Source: the human T2T-CHM13v2.0 reference genome, Homo sapiens
Assembly (NCBI RefSeq): GCF_009914755.1
Contig: NC_060931.1
DNA: 64,000 nucleotides
Direction: 5' to 3' (one strand)
Of this stretch, positions 1 through 18,581 are shown piece after piece. How positions within the stretch are numbered: position 1 is the stretch's first letter; every line of letters begins with the position of its first letter. A program made the position numbers and the translations under genes. Under the pieces are notes generated by a model, which did no database searches, was not told where the DNA came from, and saw nothing but the letters and a program-made list of their open reading frames with translations.

Positions 1-39
1 CTAAACATAAGCATAAACAAACACGAGCTTTAGCTCATG

Positions 40-265
40 AGATGCATGCTGAAGTGTTCAGGGATGAAGTGCACTGAGATTGCCACTTGCTTTGAAATGC
101 ATCAAAAATCAGAGAGGTTGATGGATGGGTTGAGAGAGAAACACCATGGAACCAATACGGCCAAATGTTCAATGTAAAGTCTAGGTGGTGCTGTATAGCT
201 GTTGACCATACAATTCATTAAACTATGTTTGAAGACATCCATCATGACATGTGAGGGGGAAAATA
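40..265 (+). mobile_element. Old L1M (L1MC/ME-type) 3' UTR fragment
   Basis: ctttgaaatgcatcaaaaat...tctaggtggtg resembles the L1MC4/L1ME 3' end. Confidence 0.55.
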
Positions 266-272
266 TTTATAA

Positions 273-650
<378 letters not shown>

Positions 651-739
651 TCAGGCTTCTAAATATTCTCTTCGAAATACTTTCCAAGGTTTTCTTTTCT
701 GCCCACTCCTTTAGAACATTTTCTTCCATTTTCTTTCAC

Positions 740-1008
740 TTTTTAAAAGGTTGTTTTTGGGAGGTAAAATGTGCATACGATAAAATTTTACCTTCCAGTG
801 TACAGTTCTATGAGTTTGACAACGGCATGTGGTTGCATGACCACCACTATCATCAACCATCATTTCACATAATTCCCTTGCATTCCCCTGTAGCCAGCCC
901 TTGCCCCAGCCCCTAAGCTCCCAGAAAACACTGATGTACTGTCTGTCCCTATGATTTTGCCCTTTTGAGAATGTCATATAAATGGAATCATGTAGTACGT
1001 CGCCTTTT
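740..1008 (-). mobile_element. L1M 3' UTR fragment
   Basis: gtgtacagttctatgagtttgaca...gaatgtcatataaatggaatcat. Confidence 0.75.
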
Positions 1009-1049
1009 GTTTTGTTTGTATTTTTTGTATCCCCTCTCTTGCTTTTTCA

Positions 1050-1212
1050 TTTTTTATTTTTTTAGAGACGGAGTCTCGCTCTGTTACACCCAGGCTGGAG
1101 CTCAGTGGCATGGGCGTAGCTCACTGCAGCCTCAAACTCCAGGGCTCAAGAGATCGCCCCTATTAGCCTCCCAAGTAGCTAGGACTGCAGATGCATGCCA
1201 CCATGCTCAGCT
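1050..1212 (-). mobile_element. AluJ right arm/FRAM
   Basis: gagacggagtctcgctctg...ctcactgcagcctcaaactcc...ccatgctcagc; no left arm. Confidence 0.85.
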
Positions 1213-1509
1213 TCACTTTCTTTTTCTTTTGAGAAAGAAACTCTCACTCTTTTCATTTCCTGTCTGCTGGGAAACAAAGTCACCAGGCTTAGTAAAATTA
1301 CATGTGAACGAGACCTGCTAGGTACCTGTGAAGGCCTGCGAGCTGTCCCATAGGATTTTCTTCGAGGGCCTTGAGGTAACTGGCCTCATGAATCTTTTAT
1401 TTACTTAGAATTCTGGAATGTTTTGCTTGTTGGTTAGAGGCTGTGTCCTAAAGGCTGTGGCAGAAATGTGACTCTGAGAAATCTCAATGCTGACACTTCT
1501 CTTATAATA

Positions 1510-1792
1510 ATTTTGTTTAGTTTTGTTTTGTTTTATTTTGTTAAGAGATGAGTTCTTGCTCTGTCACCCAGGCTGCAGTGCAGTGGCATAATCATAGCTC
1601 ACTGTAACCTCTAATTCCTGGGCTTGAGTGATCCTCCTGCCTCAGCCTCCTGTGTACCTGAGATCAGAGGTGCACACCAGCACACCAGCCTAATTTTTTT
1701 GTAGAGATGGTGTCTTGCTGTGTTGCCCTGACTGGTCCTGTATTCCTGGCCTCAAGCGATCTTCCAGCCTCAGCCTCCTTAGTTGCTGGGAT
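1510..1792 (-). mobile_element. AluJ
   Basis: Dimeric Alu with J-type atcatagctcactg and tgatcctcctgcctcagcc. Confidence 0.9.
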
Positions 1793-1859
1793 TCAGTGTG
1801 GTGCCTTTTGAACTGGAACTTTTCCACTCTCCACAGGGCATTTGAAATCTACCCATGTT

Positions 1860-1949
1860 TGATGCAGCAAACCAACATGGCACGTGTATACCTACGTAAC
1901 AAACCTGCACATTGTGCACGTGTACCCTAGAAGTATAATAAAAAGAAAA
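1860..1949 (+). mobile_element. Extremely 5'-truncated L1PA 3' end with TSD
   Basis: tgcagcaaaccaacatggcac...tgtaccctagaagtataataaaa; TSD gaaatctaccc(a/c)tgtt at 1844-1859 and 1950-1965. Confidence 0.9.
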
Positions 1950-1997
1950 GAAATCTACCCCTGTTATTGCATGTATCTATACTTCATTCCTTTTTTC

Positions 1998-2695
<698 letters not shown>

Positions 2696-2750
2696 TGACC
2701 TACCTATTTAAGGATTAGAATTTAATACAATAAAAAAAAAATGAAGTCAA

Positions 2751-3047
2751 GCCTTGCACAGAGGGTCACACCTGTAATACTAGCACTTTGGAAGGCCAAG
2801 GAAGGCAGATCACTTGAGGTCAGGAGTTGAAGACCAGCTTAGCCAACATGGTGAAACTCTGACTCTATGAAAAATTCAAAAATTAGCTGGGCATGGTGTT
2901 GGGCACCTGTAATCCCAGCTACTCAGAAGGCTGAAGCAGGAGAATCACTTGAACTCAGGAGGTGAAGGTTGTAGTGAGCCAAGATTGCACCGCTGCACTC
3001 CAGCCTGGGTGACAGAGCAAGACTCTATCTAAAATAATAATAATAAT
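2751..3047 (+). mobile_element. AluS
   Basis: Full dimer, (aat)n tail, TSD aatgaagtcaa. Confidence 0.95.
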
Positions 3048-3335
3048 AATGAAGTCAAGTCAGCCTGAAGAACCGAAGAGTTCTTTGTGAAGATTTAAGA
3101 ATGCAGTAACAAAATTAAAACAGTGATGACGAAGCACTTTACATAAATATAAAGGAGATCCATATCTTTATGATTTTCAAGAGGGTGCTATTTTCAGAAG
3201 AAATCTTGATAAATATTTTTTAAAATAAAAAACCAACAACTACAAATCTCAGTAAAAAACCTTGATATAACTAGAGCACCCACAGACGGATTTCTCTCTT
3301 TTAGTTACCCTATGTTTAAAAAATATATATGCTTA

Positions 3336-3850
<515 letters not shown>

Positions 3851-4056
3851 GGTGGGCTTTATTTTATAAAACAAAGTAGAACTGCAGCAGGGAAAGAAGG
3901 AAACTAAGTTTTAGAATATAGGGTGCTATGAAAAAAGAAATGTACTTCTTATAAGTGGCTTAGAAATGGTTATTTACCAAAGAACTCTTATTCCTAAATT
4001 ATTTGTCAGTGACAGCATATTTTGTCATTTTTCAAGAAACTTGGAATTACCTCTGA

Positions 4057-4401
<345 letters not shown>

Positions 4402-4524
4402 TAATTATTTCCTCCCTTTGAAATGTTTTTCAGATTTGTCCCTTATTCTACAGTTTTAATACTATTACTACAAGTCTACAAGTCTCTCTGACCTGTTTTT
4501 TCACCTCTAAAGCATCCTTACTTC

Positions 4525-4656
4525 TAATGGGTGCAGCACACCAGCATGGCACATGTATACATATGTAAGTAACCTGCACATTGTACACATGTACCCTAAA
4601 ACTTAAAGTATAATAATAATAAAATAAATTAAAAAAAACTTCAAAAGGAAAAAAAA
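4525..4656 (+). mobile_element. 5'-truncated young L1PA (L1PA2-4-like) 3' end
   Basis: taatgggtgcagcacaccagcatggcacatgtatac...taccctaaaacttaaagtataataat; TSD atccttact at 4514-4522 and 4657-4665. Confidence 0.9.
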
Positions 4657-4777
4657 ATCCTTACTGATTAAATTTCCTAAAATACTTCTTTCTTCACTTG
4701 AATTTTCTACATAAGATCCTATACTGTCTCAACAAGGATAAATTCCTCTTACAATATTCTTCATAAAGCTTATAAAT

Positions 4778-6399
4778 CTTTGCCCACTGTTAAAATCCAG
4801 TTGTTTGTTTTATTGCTGTTGAGTTTTAGAAGTTTTAATTTTTCTGAATAGTAACCCATTATCAGATACACAATTTGCAAATATTTTATTCCATTCTGTG
4901 GGTTGCTTTTATACTCTGCTGTTAGTGTCTCTTGATGAATGAAATTTTAAAAGTTTTGTGAAGTCTAATTTGTCTGTTTTTTCTTCTGTTGCCTGCACTT
5001 TTGGTGTCACAGCCAAGAAATCATTGCTAAACGCAATGTGATGAAGCTTCTGTCTGATGTTTTCTTCTAAGAATTTTATAGTTTTGGGTCTTACATTTAG
5101 ATTCATTTTGAGTTAATTTTTGTAGATGATGTTAGGTGAGAGTCTAACTTCATTCTTTTGTATGTGGACATCTGTTTTCCCCAGCACCATTTGTTGAAAA
5201 GATTATATTTTTCCCATTGAATGGTCTTGGCATTCTTGTCAAAAATCATTTGACCATATGTGTGAGTGTTTATTTCTGCAGTCTCTGTTCTGTCTCTATT
5301 GGTCTGTATGCCTGTCTTTACATTAATACCATACTATTCTGATTACTATAGCTTTGCACTAAGTTTTGAAATTAGAAAATGTGAGTCCTCCAAATTTGTT
5401 CTTTTTCAGGATTGTTTTGGCTACTCAGGGTCCCTTGGGATTGCATATTAAGTTTAGGATGAGTTTTTATATTTCTGAAAAAAATATCATTGGGATTTTC
5501 ATAGAAATTGCGCTGAATCAATCCATAGATCACTCTGGGTGGCACTGACATTTTAACAATATTAAGTCTTCCAATCCATGAACATGGAATGTGTTTTCAT
5601 TTATTTATATTTTTAATTTATTTCAGCAATTTTTTAAGTTTTTCTTGTGCAAGTCTTTTACCTACCTGGTTAGGTAAATTGCTAAATATTCTATTCTTTT
5701 TGATGCTGTTATAAATGGAGTTGTTTTTGTAATTTCCTTTTCAGATTGCTCATTGTAAGTATACAGAAATGCAACTAATTTTTTTGTGTCGACTTTGTAT
5801 CCTGCTATTTTTCTGAATCCATTTATTAGAACTAACAATTTTTGTGTGTGGAATCTTTAGAGTTTTCTACATATAAGATCATATTATCTGTGAACAGAGA
5901 TAATTTTATTTCTTCCTTCCAATTTGGATGCTTTTTGTTTATCTTTCCAAATTGTTCTGGTTAGAACTTCCAGTACTATGCTGATAGAGGTAGCAAAAAC
6001 TGACTTCCTTACCTTGTTCCTGATCTTAGCAGAAAAGCTTTCAGTCTTTCACCATTGAGTATGTTGTTCACTATGTGATTTTCACACATGGCTTTTATCA
6101 CATTGAGATAGTTTCTTTCTATTCTTAGTTTGTTGAGTGATTTTATCATGAAGGGGTGTTGAATTTTGTCAAATGCTTTTTCTGCATTATTCCTTTCTAT
6201 TAATGTGGTGTATTACACTGATAGACTTCATAGGTGGAACCATCCTTGCACTCTTTCTATTAATGTGATAGACTTTCATAGGTTGAACCATCCTTGCAGT
6301 CTAGGAATAAATCCTACTAGTTCATGGTATATAATACTTGTAATATACTGCTAAATTTGCTAGTATTTTGTTGAAGACTTATACACTAATGTTTATTAG

Positions 6400-6400
<1 letters not shown>
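4778..6400 (-). mobile_element. L1M ORF2 C-terminal fragment, degraded
   Basis: Minus ORF 4909-5106 reads LNVRPKTIKFLEENIRQKLHHIAFSNDFL, the L1 ORF2p C-terminal region; ccagcaccatttgttgaaaag. Confidence 0.9.
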
Positions 6401-7290
<890 letters not shown>

Positions 7291-7384
7291 TCCACTTTTC
7301 AAATCTTCTCTTATAAATAGGTAAGTGATTAACAGGATTAACAAGAAAAACTAATGAGAAAGACAGAAATAAAGATTGGATTAT

Positions 7385-7790
7385 TTTCTAGGCACCATGG
7401 GAAGATGTTGGAGGTTTTTGAATAGGGGAATAATACAATCTTGTTTACTTTTTATAAAGGCCTCTCTGGTTGCTGAGTGAAGAATAAACTCCAGGATGGC
7501 AAAAGAGAGAGCAGGAGCTGTGGTTCAGACTAGAGATGGGATTAGCTCAGACCAAGGAGTGGTGGTAGAGGCAGCAAGAAGTGGCTTGACTGGGACATAC
7601 TTTGAAAGTGAAGCTTACTATTCCATGATGTTTTGCCTGAGTGTCTGAGTGGGTGGTAGTAGTAGTTCCTGCTTTCAGGAGCACTGGGGAGGAGCAGGTT
7701 TTGGCGATGGAAGTCCAGATTCCTCTTTGGGGGTGTTAAGAATAGGATGCCAATCAGAGATCCCAGTGGAGATGCTGAGCAAAGAGATCT
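7385..7790 (-). mobile_element. L2 fragment
   Basis: gggacatactttgaaag...ggagcaggttttgg...atcccagtggagatg. Confidence 0.7.
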
Positions 7791-8089
7791 CCATAGCATG
7801 AATGAATGAGTGAATGTTTTAATGGCTTAATTGAGTTGTACAACTGGATACCAGGTCCCATATGATTTTGCCTCTGGACACATCTCCAGATGCACTTTAT
7901 GATCTCCTGGCTACAGTCAAGACGAACTTCTTGCTGTTCTCACACATCAAGCATATTCTCAGGCCCTTGTATATACTGTATCTTCTGCATCTATACTCAG
8001 TCTTTCTCACTTCCTTCAGGTCCTTGCTTGGAGATCACCTCTGCATGAAAGCTTGCCCTGACAAACTCTCCAACCACTCTATCCTTTGC

Positions 8090-8815
<726 letters not shown>

Positions 8816-8874
8816 CTTGCCATGCTTAATTTTTCTCCCCAGCATTTAAAAATATCTGATATTATACATACATA

Positions 8875-10015
8875 GATTTTTTATCAATGTGAAATCCATG
8901 TAACATAAAATTATCCATTTTAAAATGAACAATTCAACAACACTTAGAATATCTACAATGTTGTGAAACTCCCACCTCTATCTAGTTCCAAAACATTTTC
9001 ATGATCCCAAGAGGACACCATGTACCTGTCAAACAGCCACTCTCTATTCCCTCTTAACTCTCTGCTCTGGGTAAGCACCAGTCAATTTTCTGCGTCTACG
9101 GCTTTACTGATGCTGGATAGTTTGCATTAAAGGAATCATACAATATGTGATCCTTGATGTCTGGCTTCTCTCGCTTAGCATCATGCTTCTGAGTTTCATT
9201 CACATTGTAGCATATATCAGTACTGGCTATGGTTGAATTATGTTCCCCCAAAATACGTATGTTGAAGCCCTAGCCCCCAGTACCTCAGAATATGACTGCA
9301 TTCGAATATAGGGTCTTTAAAGAGATAATTAAGGTTAAATGAGGTTGTTGGTGTGGGCCCTAATCCAATCTTACTGGTGTCCTTATAAGAAGAGAAGACT
9401 GGGACACAGACACACACAGAAGGATGACCCTGTGAAGACATAGGGAGAAGATGGTGTCTATAAGCCAAGGAGAGAGGCATCGGGAGACATGTACCTTGCC
9501 AACACCTTGATTTCAAACTTCCAGCCTCCAGATTGTGAGAGAATACATTTCTGTAGTATGAGCCACCCCCCAATCTACAGTACTTTACTATGGCAGCCCT
9601 AGAAAACTAACACAGCACTTCATTCCTTTTCATGGCTGACTAATATTCCATTGTATGTTCCACTGATGCATGCACCACATCGCTTATCCGCTCATCCGTT
9701 GATGGACATTGGAGTGGTTTCCACCTGTTGACTGTTGTGAATGATGCTGCTACAAACATATGTATATGTGTGCCTGTTTGGGTATTTGTTTCCTCTTCTT
9801 TTGGGTACAGACCAAGTAGTGGAATCACTGGGTCACACGGGAATTCTATGTCTAACTTGTTGAGGAGCTGCCAAATTGTTTCCCACAGAGGCTGTAACAC
9901 CATTTTCCATTCCCACCAGCAATGCGTGAGGGTTCCGACGTCTTCACATCCTTGCCAACACTGGCGATTTTCCATGTTTTAAAGTATAGTCATCTTGTTG
10001 AGTGTGAAGTGGTAT
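8875..10015 (-). mobile_element. L1MB 3' region interrupted by MLT1B
   Basis: taacataaaattatccattttaaaatg...cattcctttt...ccattttccattcccaccagcaatg...gtggtatct. Confidence 0.85.
9224..9614 (+). mobile_element. MLT1B-like solo LTR
   Basis: ggttgaattatgttccccc...tagggtctttaaagag...gcagccctagaaaactaacaca. Confidence 0.85.
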
Positions 10016-10070
10016 CTGATACTACATTTTACATATATGTTTGTTGATTTGTTTGCCATTATCTCTTTTT

Positions 10071-10369
<299 letters not shown>

Positions 10370-10759
10370 CATTATCTCTTTTTTCTAGAATGTACACTCC
10401 ACAAGGACAGGGACATTTTCCTCACTGATATACCCCATTGCAGGTTCTTGCTAAAAATTCCTTCAGTAAATGAATGAATGAATGCTTCACTGAATCTTAA
10501 GTGGGAATGCAGGGACAGGAGTGCCTGATTTCAACTCGAGAGATCAGAGGCAGTTTCATCATAGAGGAAATGTTTTCTCTGAACCTGGGAAGATGGGCCG
10601 GTGCTAATCTCAGAGCCGTGAGACGATGACCAAACTTTGCTTTACCACTAAGCAGGATGCACTGAAAGTTTCAGTGTATGAACAAGGCGTGGCCAAAATT
10701 ATATTTTAGGAAGAGAGTTATTTTCTCGTAACTTCAAGTGGGCACATCACAGCTTCTTG

Positions 10760-11325
10760 CTGTGAACGTTGTTAATTCTGGCCAGCGTGCACCTGCGCCT
10801 CCTTTCTTTCTATGTTTGGGGACTCTGCCCCTTTTCAGACAGGGCTGCCTCTGTCTCATCCAGGACAGGCTGAAAAATGCCAACTCCTCGCTTTCCAACC
10901 TCGCAGGGAGCTGGGCGCAGGCTCATGGCTCAGGTTTCAGTCTGATTGTCCATTCCTACAGACTAGTTTTAAAATTGGAGACAGTGAGGCAAAGCAAAAG
11001 GAACCTCCTGGCTCTCTTCTAGCCAAGAGTGGCCACGGCACAGCAGCTGTGTCCAGTGTCTGAAGCCAGCAGTAGACGCAACTGCTCGATTTGGGATGGA
11101 GGGGCCAGGCAAGCAGTTCTCTCAGATCCCCAGGGTGGCAGCTGCAGCGTCTTCACCTGTGTGACTTGGGGACATCGTTAATGGCAAAGGCAGCTTCCAA
11201 GCCTGCTTCTTAGACCTCGTGGGGACTCCATGAGGTCCCTAAAATCCTCTTCACAAATTCCCTTTCTGCTTTAATTAACCACATTCAGTTTCTGTTGCTT
11301 GTAAATAAAACCCTAACTAATAATA
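10760..11325 (+). mobile_element. LTR33-like ERVL solo LTR
   Basis: 3' end caaattccctttctgctttaattaacc...tttctgttgcttgtaaataaaaccctaactaata. Confidence 0.6.
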
Positions 11326-11456
11326 CTTCTCTGCTTCAGGTGCTCATTCCTTACATTTGAATCCACAGTAGCACAGATCTCATGAAGAAATTTAGAATTA
11401 AAAATGTGAAGCTACAACAGCAACAGCTCTCCTTTAAAAACAAAATACCCACTTCA

Positions 11457-11610
11457 AGCTGGTTATGGTGATATGCACCTGTAATCCCGGCTACTCAGGA
11501 GGCTGAGATGGGAGGATCACTTGAGCCCAGGAAGTTGAGGCTGCAGTGAGCTATAATTGCACCACTGCACTGCAGCCTGGGCAACAGAGCGAGACACTGT
11601 CTCCAAAAGA
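11457..11610 (+). mobile_element. FRAM/AluJ right arm
   Basis: gctggttatggtg...ggaggatcacttgagcccagg...gagacactgtctc. Confidence 0.85.
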
Positions 11611-12398
11611 TAATGGGAAGAAGAATTAAAATTAACATTAAAAAAATAAAAATACTCATGTCAGAAATGATTCAAGAACTCTCTGCCTAAGGTTGTAACT
11701 TGTAAGAATGGAGGGACATACAGGGTTTCCTCCAAGGATAATCCTAGGTCAGGAGAACTGGGGTGCAGGTGACCCCAAGATAATCAAACTTCAGAGAAAC
11801 CCAGGGTGGAATCCTAGAGTGGAGAGAGTTGAAATGGGAGAAATAGGCTGAAATGAGGTGTATACGGGTGGAGGGGAGGAAAGGGGAGTCAATAAGAAGA
11901 AAGAGTCAAACATATGCTTACAATTTCAGGAGCCTATTGTCTTCTTTGCTACTTTAGGGACCAGAGATTGCTCTGCAGGGACTAAGGTTCCCCAGGATGG
12001 CTGAGGCAGGGAGAGACCTTTCAGCTTACTGATGCCCAGGCAGTCATGGCAGAGATGTCAAGAGGATGGAGGTGGGGATTTGAAGCCCAGCTCTCCCATT
12101 AGTGTATTGTGTCGCCATCATTACACTCTTATAGTTTAATGTCTACGGGATGCCTCAGGCTAATAACATGAGAAGAGTAGCAAATGACCTGAGAATCTCA
12201 CTCAGCTCTGAAGGCACAATAATATGCATAATTAAAAGGTATTGTCCAATATTATTTGATGTCTCCACTTGGATGAATGAACCAGGTTGAGTGAGGATGA
12301 CATTTTCCCTCTGCTGCAGCCCCTATATGGATGGAGATTGGGAACCACTGGGAGAAGCCATATTCAACCAAGAGTTCCCGTGATGAATGAAACATAGT

Positions 12399-12646
12399 AC
12401 CGCATGTTCTCCCTCATAGGTGGGAATTGAACAATGAGAACACTTGGACACAGGAAAGGGAACATCACACACCAGGGCCTGTCATGGGGTGGAGGGAGGG
12501 GGAAGGGATAGCATTAGGAGATATACCTAATGTAAATGACGAGTTAATGGGTGCAGCACACCAACATGGCACATGTATACATATGTAACAAACCTACACG
12601 TTGTGCACATGTACCCTAGAACTTAAAGTATAATAATAAAAAAAAA
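12399..12646 (+). mobile_element. 5'-truncated L1PA (L1PA5/6-like) 3' UTR
   Basis: accgcatgttctccctcataggtgggaattgaacaatgag...taccctagaacttaaagtataataataaa. Confidence 0.95.
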
Positions 12647-13143
12647 GACATGAAGGGAAAAAAAAAAAAGGAATACTGAGAATTAAGAGAGTCTGTGGAA
12701 CTAGAAAAAAAAAAAAAAAGAAACCTAGGCTCTCGATTGCTGGCTTTCTCTTTTGCTTCTCTACCACGCCTCCCCTCCAAGACCTTGACCCAGGGAAGGG
12801 AGGTCAGGAGATTCATCTTGCCCCTGTGAAGCTGTCTCAATCTCTGTGCACTCAGCTTAAAGATTAGGACTAAGACCAGAGGGTTTCTGCTCAGGCACAC
12901 AGGCTATAATGCAGTGAAGAGCTTCACTGCTTCATTCACGAACTTCTTCAAGTTCAACTTAGCTGAACGCTACACTGCTGGGACAGACACCTTTCAGGAC
13001 GTGAGATTGCTCAACAGGGCAAAGCATTTGCTTATTAAGCAACTATGTATGTATCAAAACTCACTTTTAGTTCCTCACCTCACTATGCCCCCCAAACCTA
13101 AACTATTATATCAAGAACTTCGCCCAGCCCCAGTGAGACCACC

Positions 13144-13614
13144 TGTTAACCTCACAATGGGTAGGCTCCGTCTCTTGGTGGGTACCAACTCAATGACCAC
13201 AAACAGGGAGGATTTAACAAGGGGGATTTTATTACTTGCAACAAGTTCAGGAGAGCACAGAGGAGAGTTCCCCAGAGCATCCCCAGCTGAGTCGGGTTTT
13301 ATAAGCATAGCGTAATGAGGTGTGATCTGATTGGATCCTGCAATAAGGTGATGTCAGGAGGCATGATCTGACTGGACACTGTCATGGGGTGACCCCAGAG
13401 CTTGATCTGATTGGATCCTGGATTCTGCCATGAGGTGTCGGCTTCTTAATTCAGTCCCCACCCCTCAGTCGAGCACTTAGGTTTCCCCTATGCTTGCACA
13501 CTTGGTTCATCTGGGAGTGCTCAGGTTACTTGACCATAACCATGGCAACTAACAACAAGTCTCAACTTGGTTACAAAAAAGTTGAAGAAACAGATTTGGT
13601 CTGATGTGGGTACA
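13144..13614 (-). mobile_element. ERV solo LTR, subfamily not assigned
   Basis: TG...CA termini, flanking cacc/cacc, minus-strand aataaa near the left end, three gatctga(t/c)tgga motifs. Confidence 0.6.
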
Positions 13615-13643
13615 CACCCATTGAGAGACTGATCTTCAACCAG

Positions 13644-14153
13644 CAACAGTCCCCAACCTTTTTGGCACCAGGGACTGGTTTCATGGAAGACAATTTTCCA
13701 CAGACAGGGGCAAGGGGATGGTTTCGGGATGATTCATGCACATTCCATTTATTGTGCACTTTATTTCTATTATTATTACATTGCAGTAATAATAGATGTA
13801 GATTCTACCGTAATGTAGAATCAGTGGAAGCCCCAAGCTTGTTTTCCTGCAACTAGATGCTCCCATCTGGGGATAATGGGAGACAGTGACAGATCATCAG
13901 GCATTAGATTTTCCTAAGAAGCAGATGACCTAGACCCCTCCCATGGGCAGTTCACAATAAGGTTCACACTCCTATGAGAGTCAAATGCTGCGGCTGATCT
14001 GACAGGAGGCAGAGCTCAGGCAGTAATGCAAGTGATGGGGGGTGGCTGTAAATACAGATGAAGCTTTGCTCACTTGCCAGCCACTCACCTCCTGCGTGAT
14101 CCAGTTCCTAATGGACCAGTACTGGTCCATGACCTGGGGGTTGGAGACCTCTT
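13644..14153. mobile_element. MER1A hAT-Charlie MITE
   Basis: TIRs gtccccaacc...ggttggagacc; internal ggtttcatggaagacaattttcc, cagatcatcaggcattagatt. Confidence 0.9.
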
Positions 14154-14171
14154 CCTTAAGCCACTGAAGAC

Positions 14172-14873
<702 letters not shown>

Positions 14874-14879
14874 ACGGCT

Positions 14880-16115
<1,236 letters not shown>

Positions 16116-16444
16116 CGAGGTAAAAAAGTGTCAGTGGTTTCTTTCATAATACAGTTCATAATGCAGTTCATGTGTTGAGGTCCCAAAATAAAGGAAATCA
16201 TGTGGTCATCAAAACTTATTGTCTGTGGTGGAGCATTTTGAAATATGAAGGTATTCAGCTTTGCTGAAATGGTTGTCATTTTCGTGTATGGCTTATCAGC
16301 TACATTTAGAAGCTGTCCCACTTTGTAGAATGCAGTTGATCACTTACCACTAAGAACAGCAGCATTTTTCTTTCTAGTCTGGACCAAGATAATCATTGCA
16401 AAAGGCCACTCTGAGAACATTTGTGACCTCCACACACACTCCCA

Positions 16445-17350
16445 GGATTAGGTGAGGTTATGCTGCAGTAATAAAGGACCGCAAGACTTCAGTGGCTTAA
16501 CATAGTGAGGGTTTGTTTCTTGCTTGCCCCAAGTCCCCCGTGCGGCTCAGTAACTCTCTGGGCAGTCTCCTTCCAGGTAATGGCTTATCTTTGCATAGTA
16601 TCTAATGTTATGCAGATACTAGCTATTTTATTATGCAGATGCTACATATTTATTATGCAGATATTTGCTATTTTTTATGCAGACATTACATATTTTATTA
16701 TGCAGATATCACATATTTCATTATGCAAATATTAGTTTAATATGCAGATATTACCTATTTTATTATGCAGATATAGCCTATTTTACTATGTAAATATTAG
16801 ACCTTTTATTATGCAGATTTTACATATTTTATTATGTAGATGTTACCTATTTTATGAATGCTGATATTATCTACTTTATTATGCATATATTAAATATTTC
16901 ATTATGCAGATATTATATTTTATTATGTAGATAGTACCTGTTTTATTAATGCAGATATTACCTATTTTATTATGTAGATATTACCTATTTTATAAATGCA
17001 GCTATTACCTATTTTATTATGAAGATAATACCTATTTTATTATGCAGATATTGCCTGTTTAATTATGCAAATATCACCTATTTTATTATGCAAATGTTGC
17101 CTTTCATTGTGCAGATATTACGTATTTTATTGTGCAAATATTAAATAAAATATCTAAAATGTGCTGCTGTAATCACACCTTGGCAGGGCGAGAGCATCCG
17201 GGAGGCTCTCCTACAGGGATTGAAATGCTTCCACCTGCAAGCAATGCCGTTCATTTCTGCTTCATCTCATTGGCCAAAAGCAGTTGCCTGGCCACGCTGA
17301 CCTCAAAGGCATGGGGGCCAGAAAGGAGCCAGACGTTGCAAATGCTGATG
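16445..17350 (-). mobile_element. MLT1K/L-like LTR remnant split by a tandem array
   Basis: ggttatgctgcagtaa...tcagtggcttaaca (16445-16590); tcatttctgcttcatctcattggccaaa (17170-17350). Confidence 0.55.
16604..17142 (+). repeat. ~23-bp minisatellite (ttatgcagatattacctatttta), ~23 copies
   Basis: ttatgca recurs at 16608, 16631, 16653, 16675, 16698, 16721 and onward. Confidence 0.95.
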
Positions 17351-17389
17351 AGTTAGCATCGTATATTCAGTATACTCATCGCATACTCA

Positions 17390-17576
17390 GCCAGGGGTTG
17401 AGGGGAGGGAGGAATGAAGAGGTGGAGCACAGGGGGTTTTCAGGGCAGTGAAACTGCTCTGTATGACACCATAATGGCGGATTCATGTCGTTACACATTT
17501 GTCAAAACCCATACAGTGCACAGCACCAAGAGTGAACCATAATGTAAACTATGAACTTCAGTTGATGGTTATGCAT
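17390..17576 (+). mobile_element. L1MC-type 3' UTR fragment
   Basis: gggcagtgaaactgctctgtatgac...catttgtcaaaaccc...aatgtaaactatgaactt. Confidence 0.8.
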
Positions 17577-17935
17577 TGCAAACAAAAAATGCAATTCTAA
17601 GCCAAGTAAAATTCCCAACCATTTGAATGGATCCCTTCTCTTGGCCAAGGGTGTTCCAAAGTTAACCGGAAAAACTAGTTCAGATCATGATGGAAAACTG
17701 GAGTCAGATGTGCCCCATTATACCCTCCTCCCACTGGAATTCAGGCATAGCTGACCAGTATTAACTTCAACACAGAAACCTTAAGGCTGGTAGAACAGAC
17801 TCTTAGAGTCTGATGGGAACATATACAATCCATTTTCTCTGGAGCCTGTTACCTGGAGACTTCATCTGCGGGATAAAACCATGGTCTCCACAGCTCCTTA
17901 TCTTAACCCAGACATTCCTTTCTATTGAGTCTAGG
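17577..17935 (+). mobile_element. MER4-family ERV1 LTR, 3'-truncated
   Basis: ggccaagggtgttccaaagttaacc...aaaactagttcag...cttatcttaacccagacattcctttctattga. Confidence 0.85.
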
Positions 17936-17936
17936 A

Positions 17937-18268
<332 letters not shown>

Positions 18269-18581
18269 TAAACCCTATCGTTGTCTCTGTACCGGGGTGG
18301 TGAGACATAGTGCCCTAAAATAATTCATGTGGTTTTTATAGAAAATGATGGTAATGAGACATTTCTCAGCCAAACCTCGTCTCTTTACACATGCACTGGG
18401 GTATGGCCCTCTGAGACCTTGAGCTTGGCCATATGTCACGCACATAAGCTACACCGACTAAGAAGACACCTTGTCAATGGTAATTAGCAATACGATTGCC
18501 CACATGTAATTTTTCAACTCTAGTTCCAAGTGACAGGGGTCAGTGTTTTGCAGCTCACAATCATGACTTTACTCAGAATGC

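Noticed and set aside
12914-13315. 133-aa ORF
   Set aside because: Non-ATG start, crosses into an LTR, no recognisable domain.
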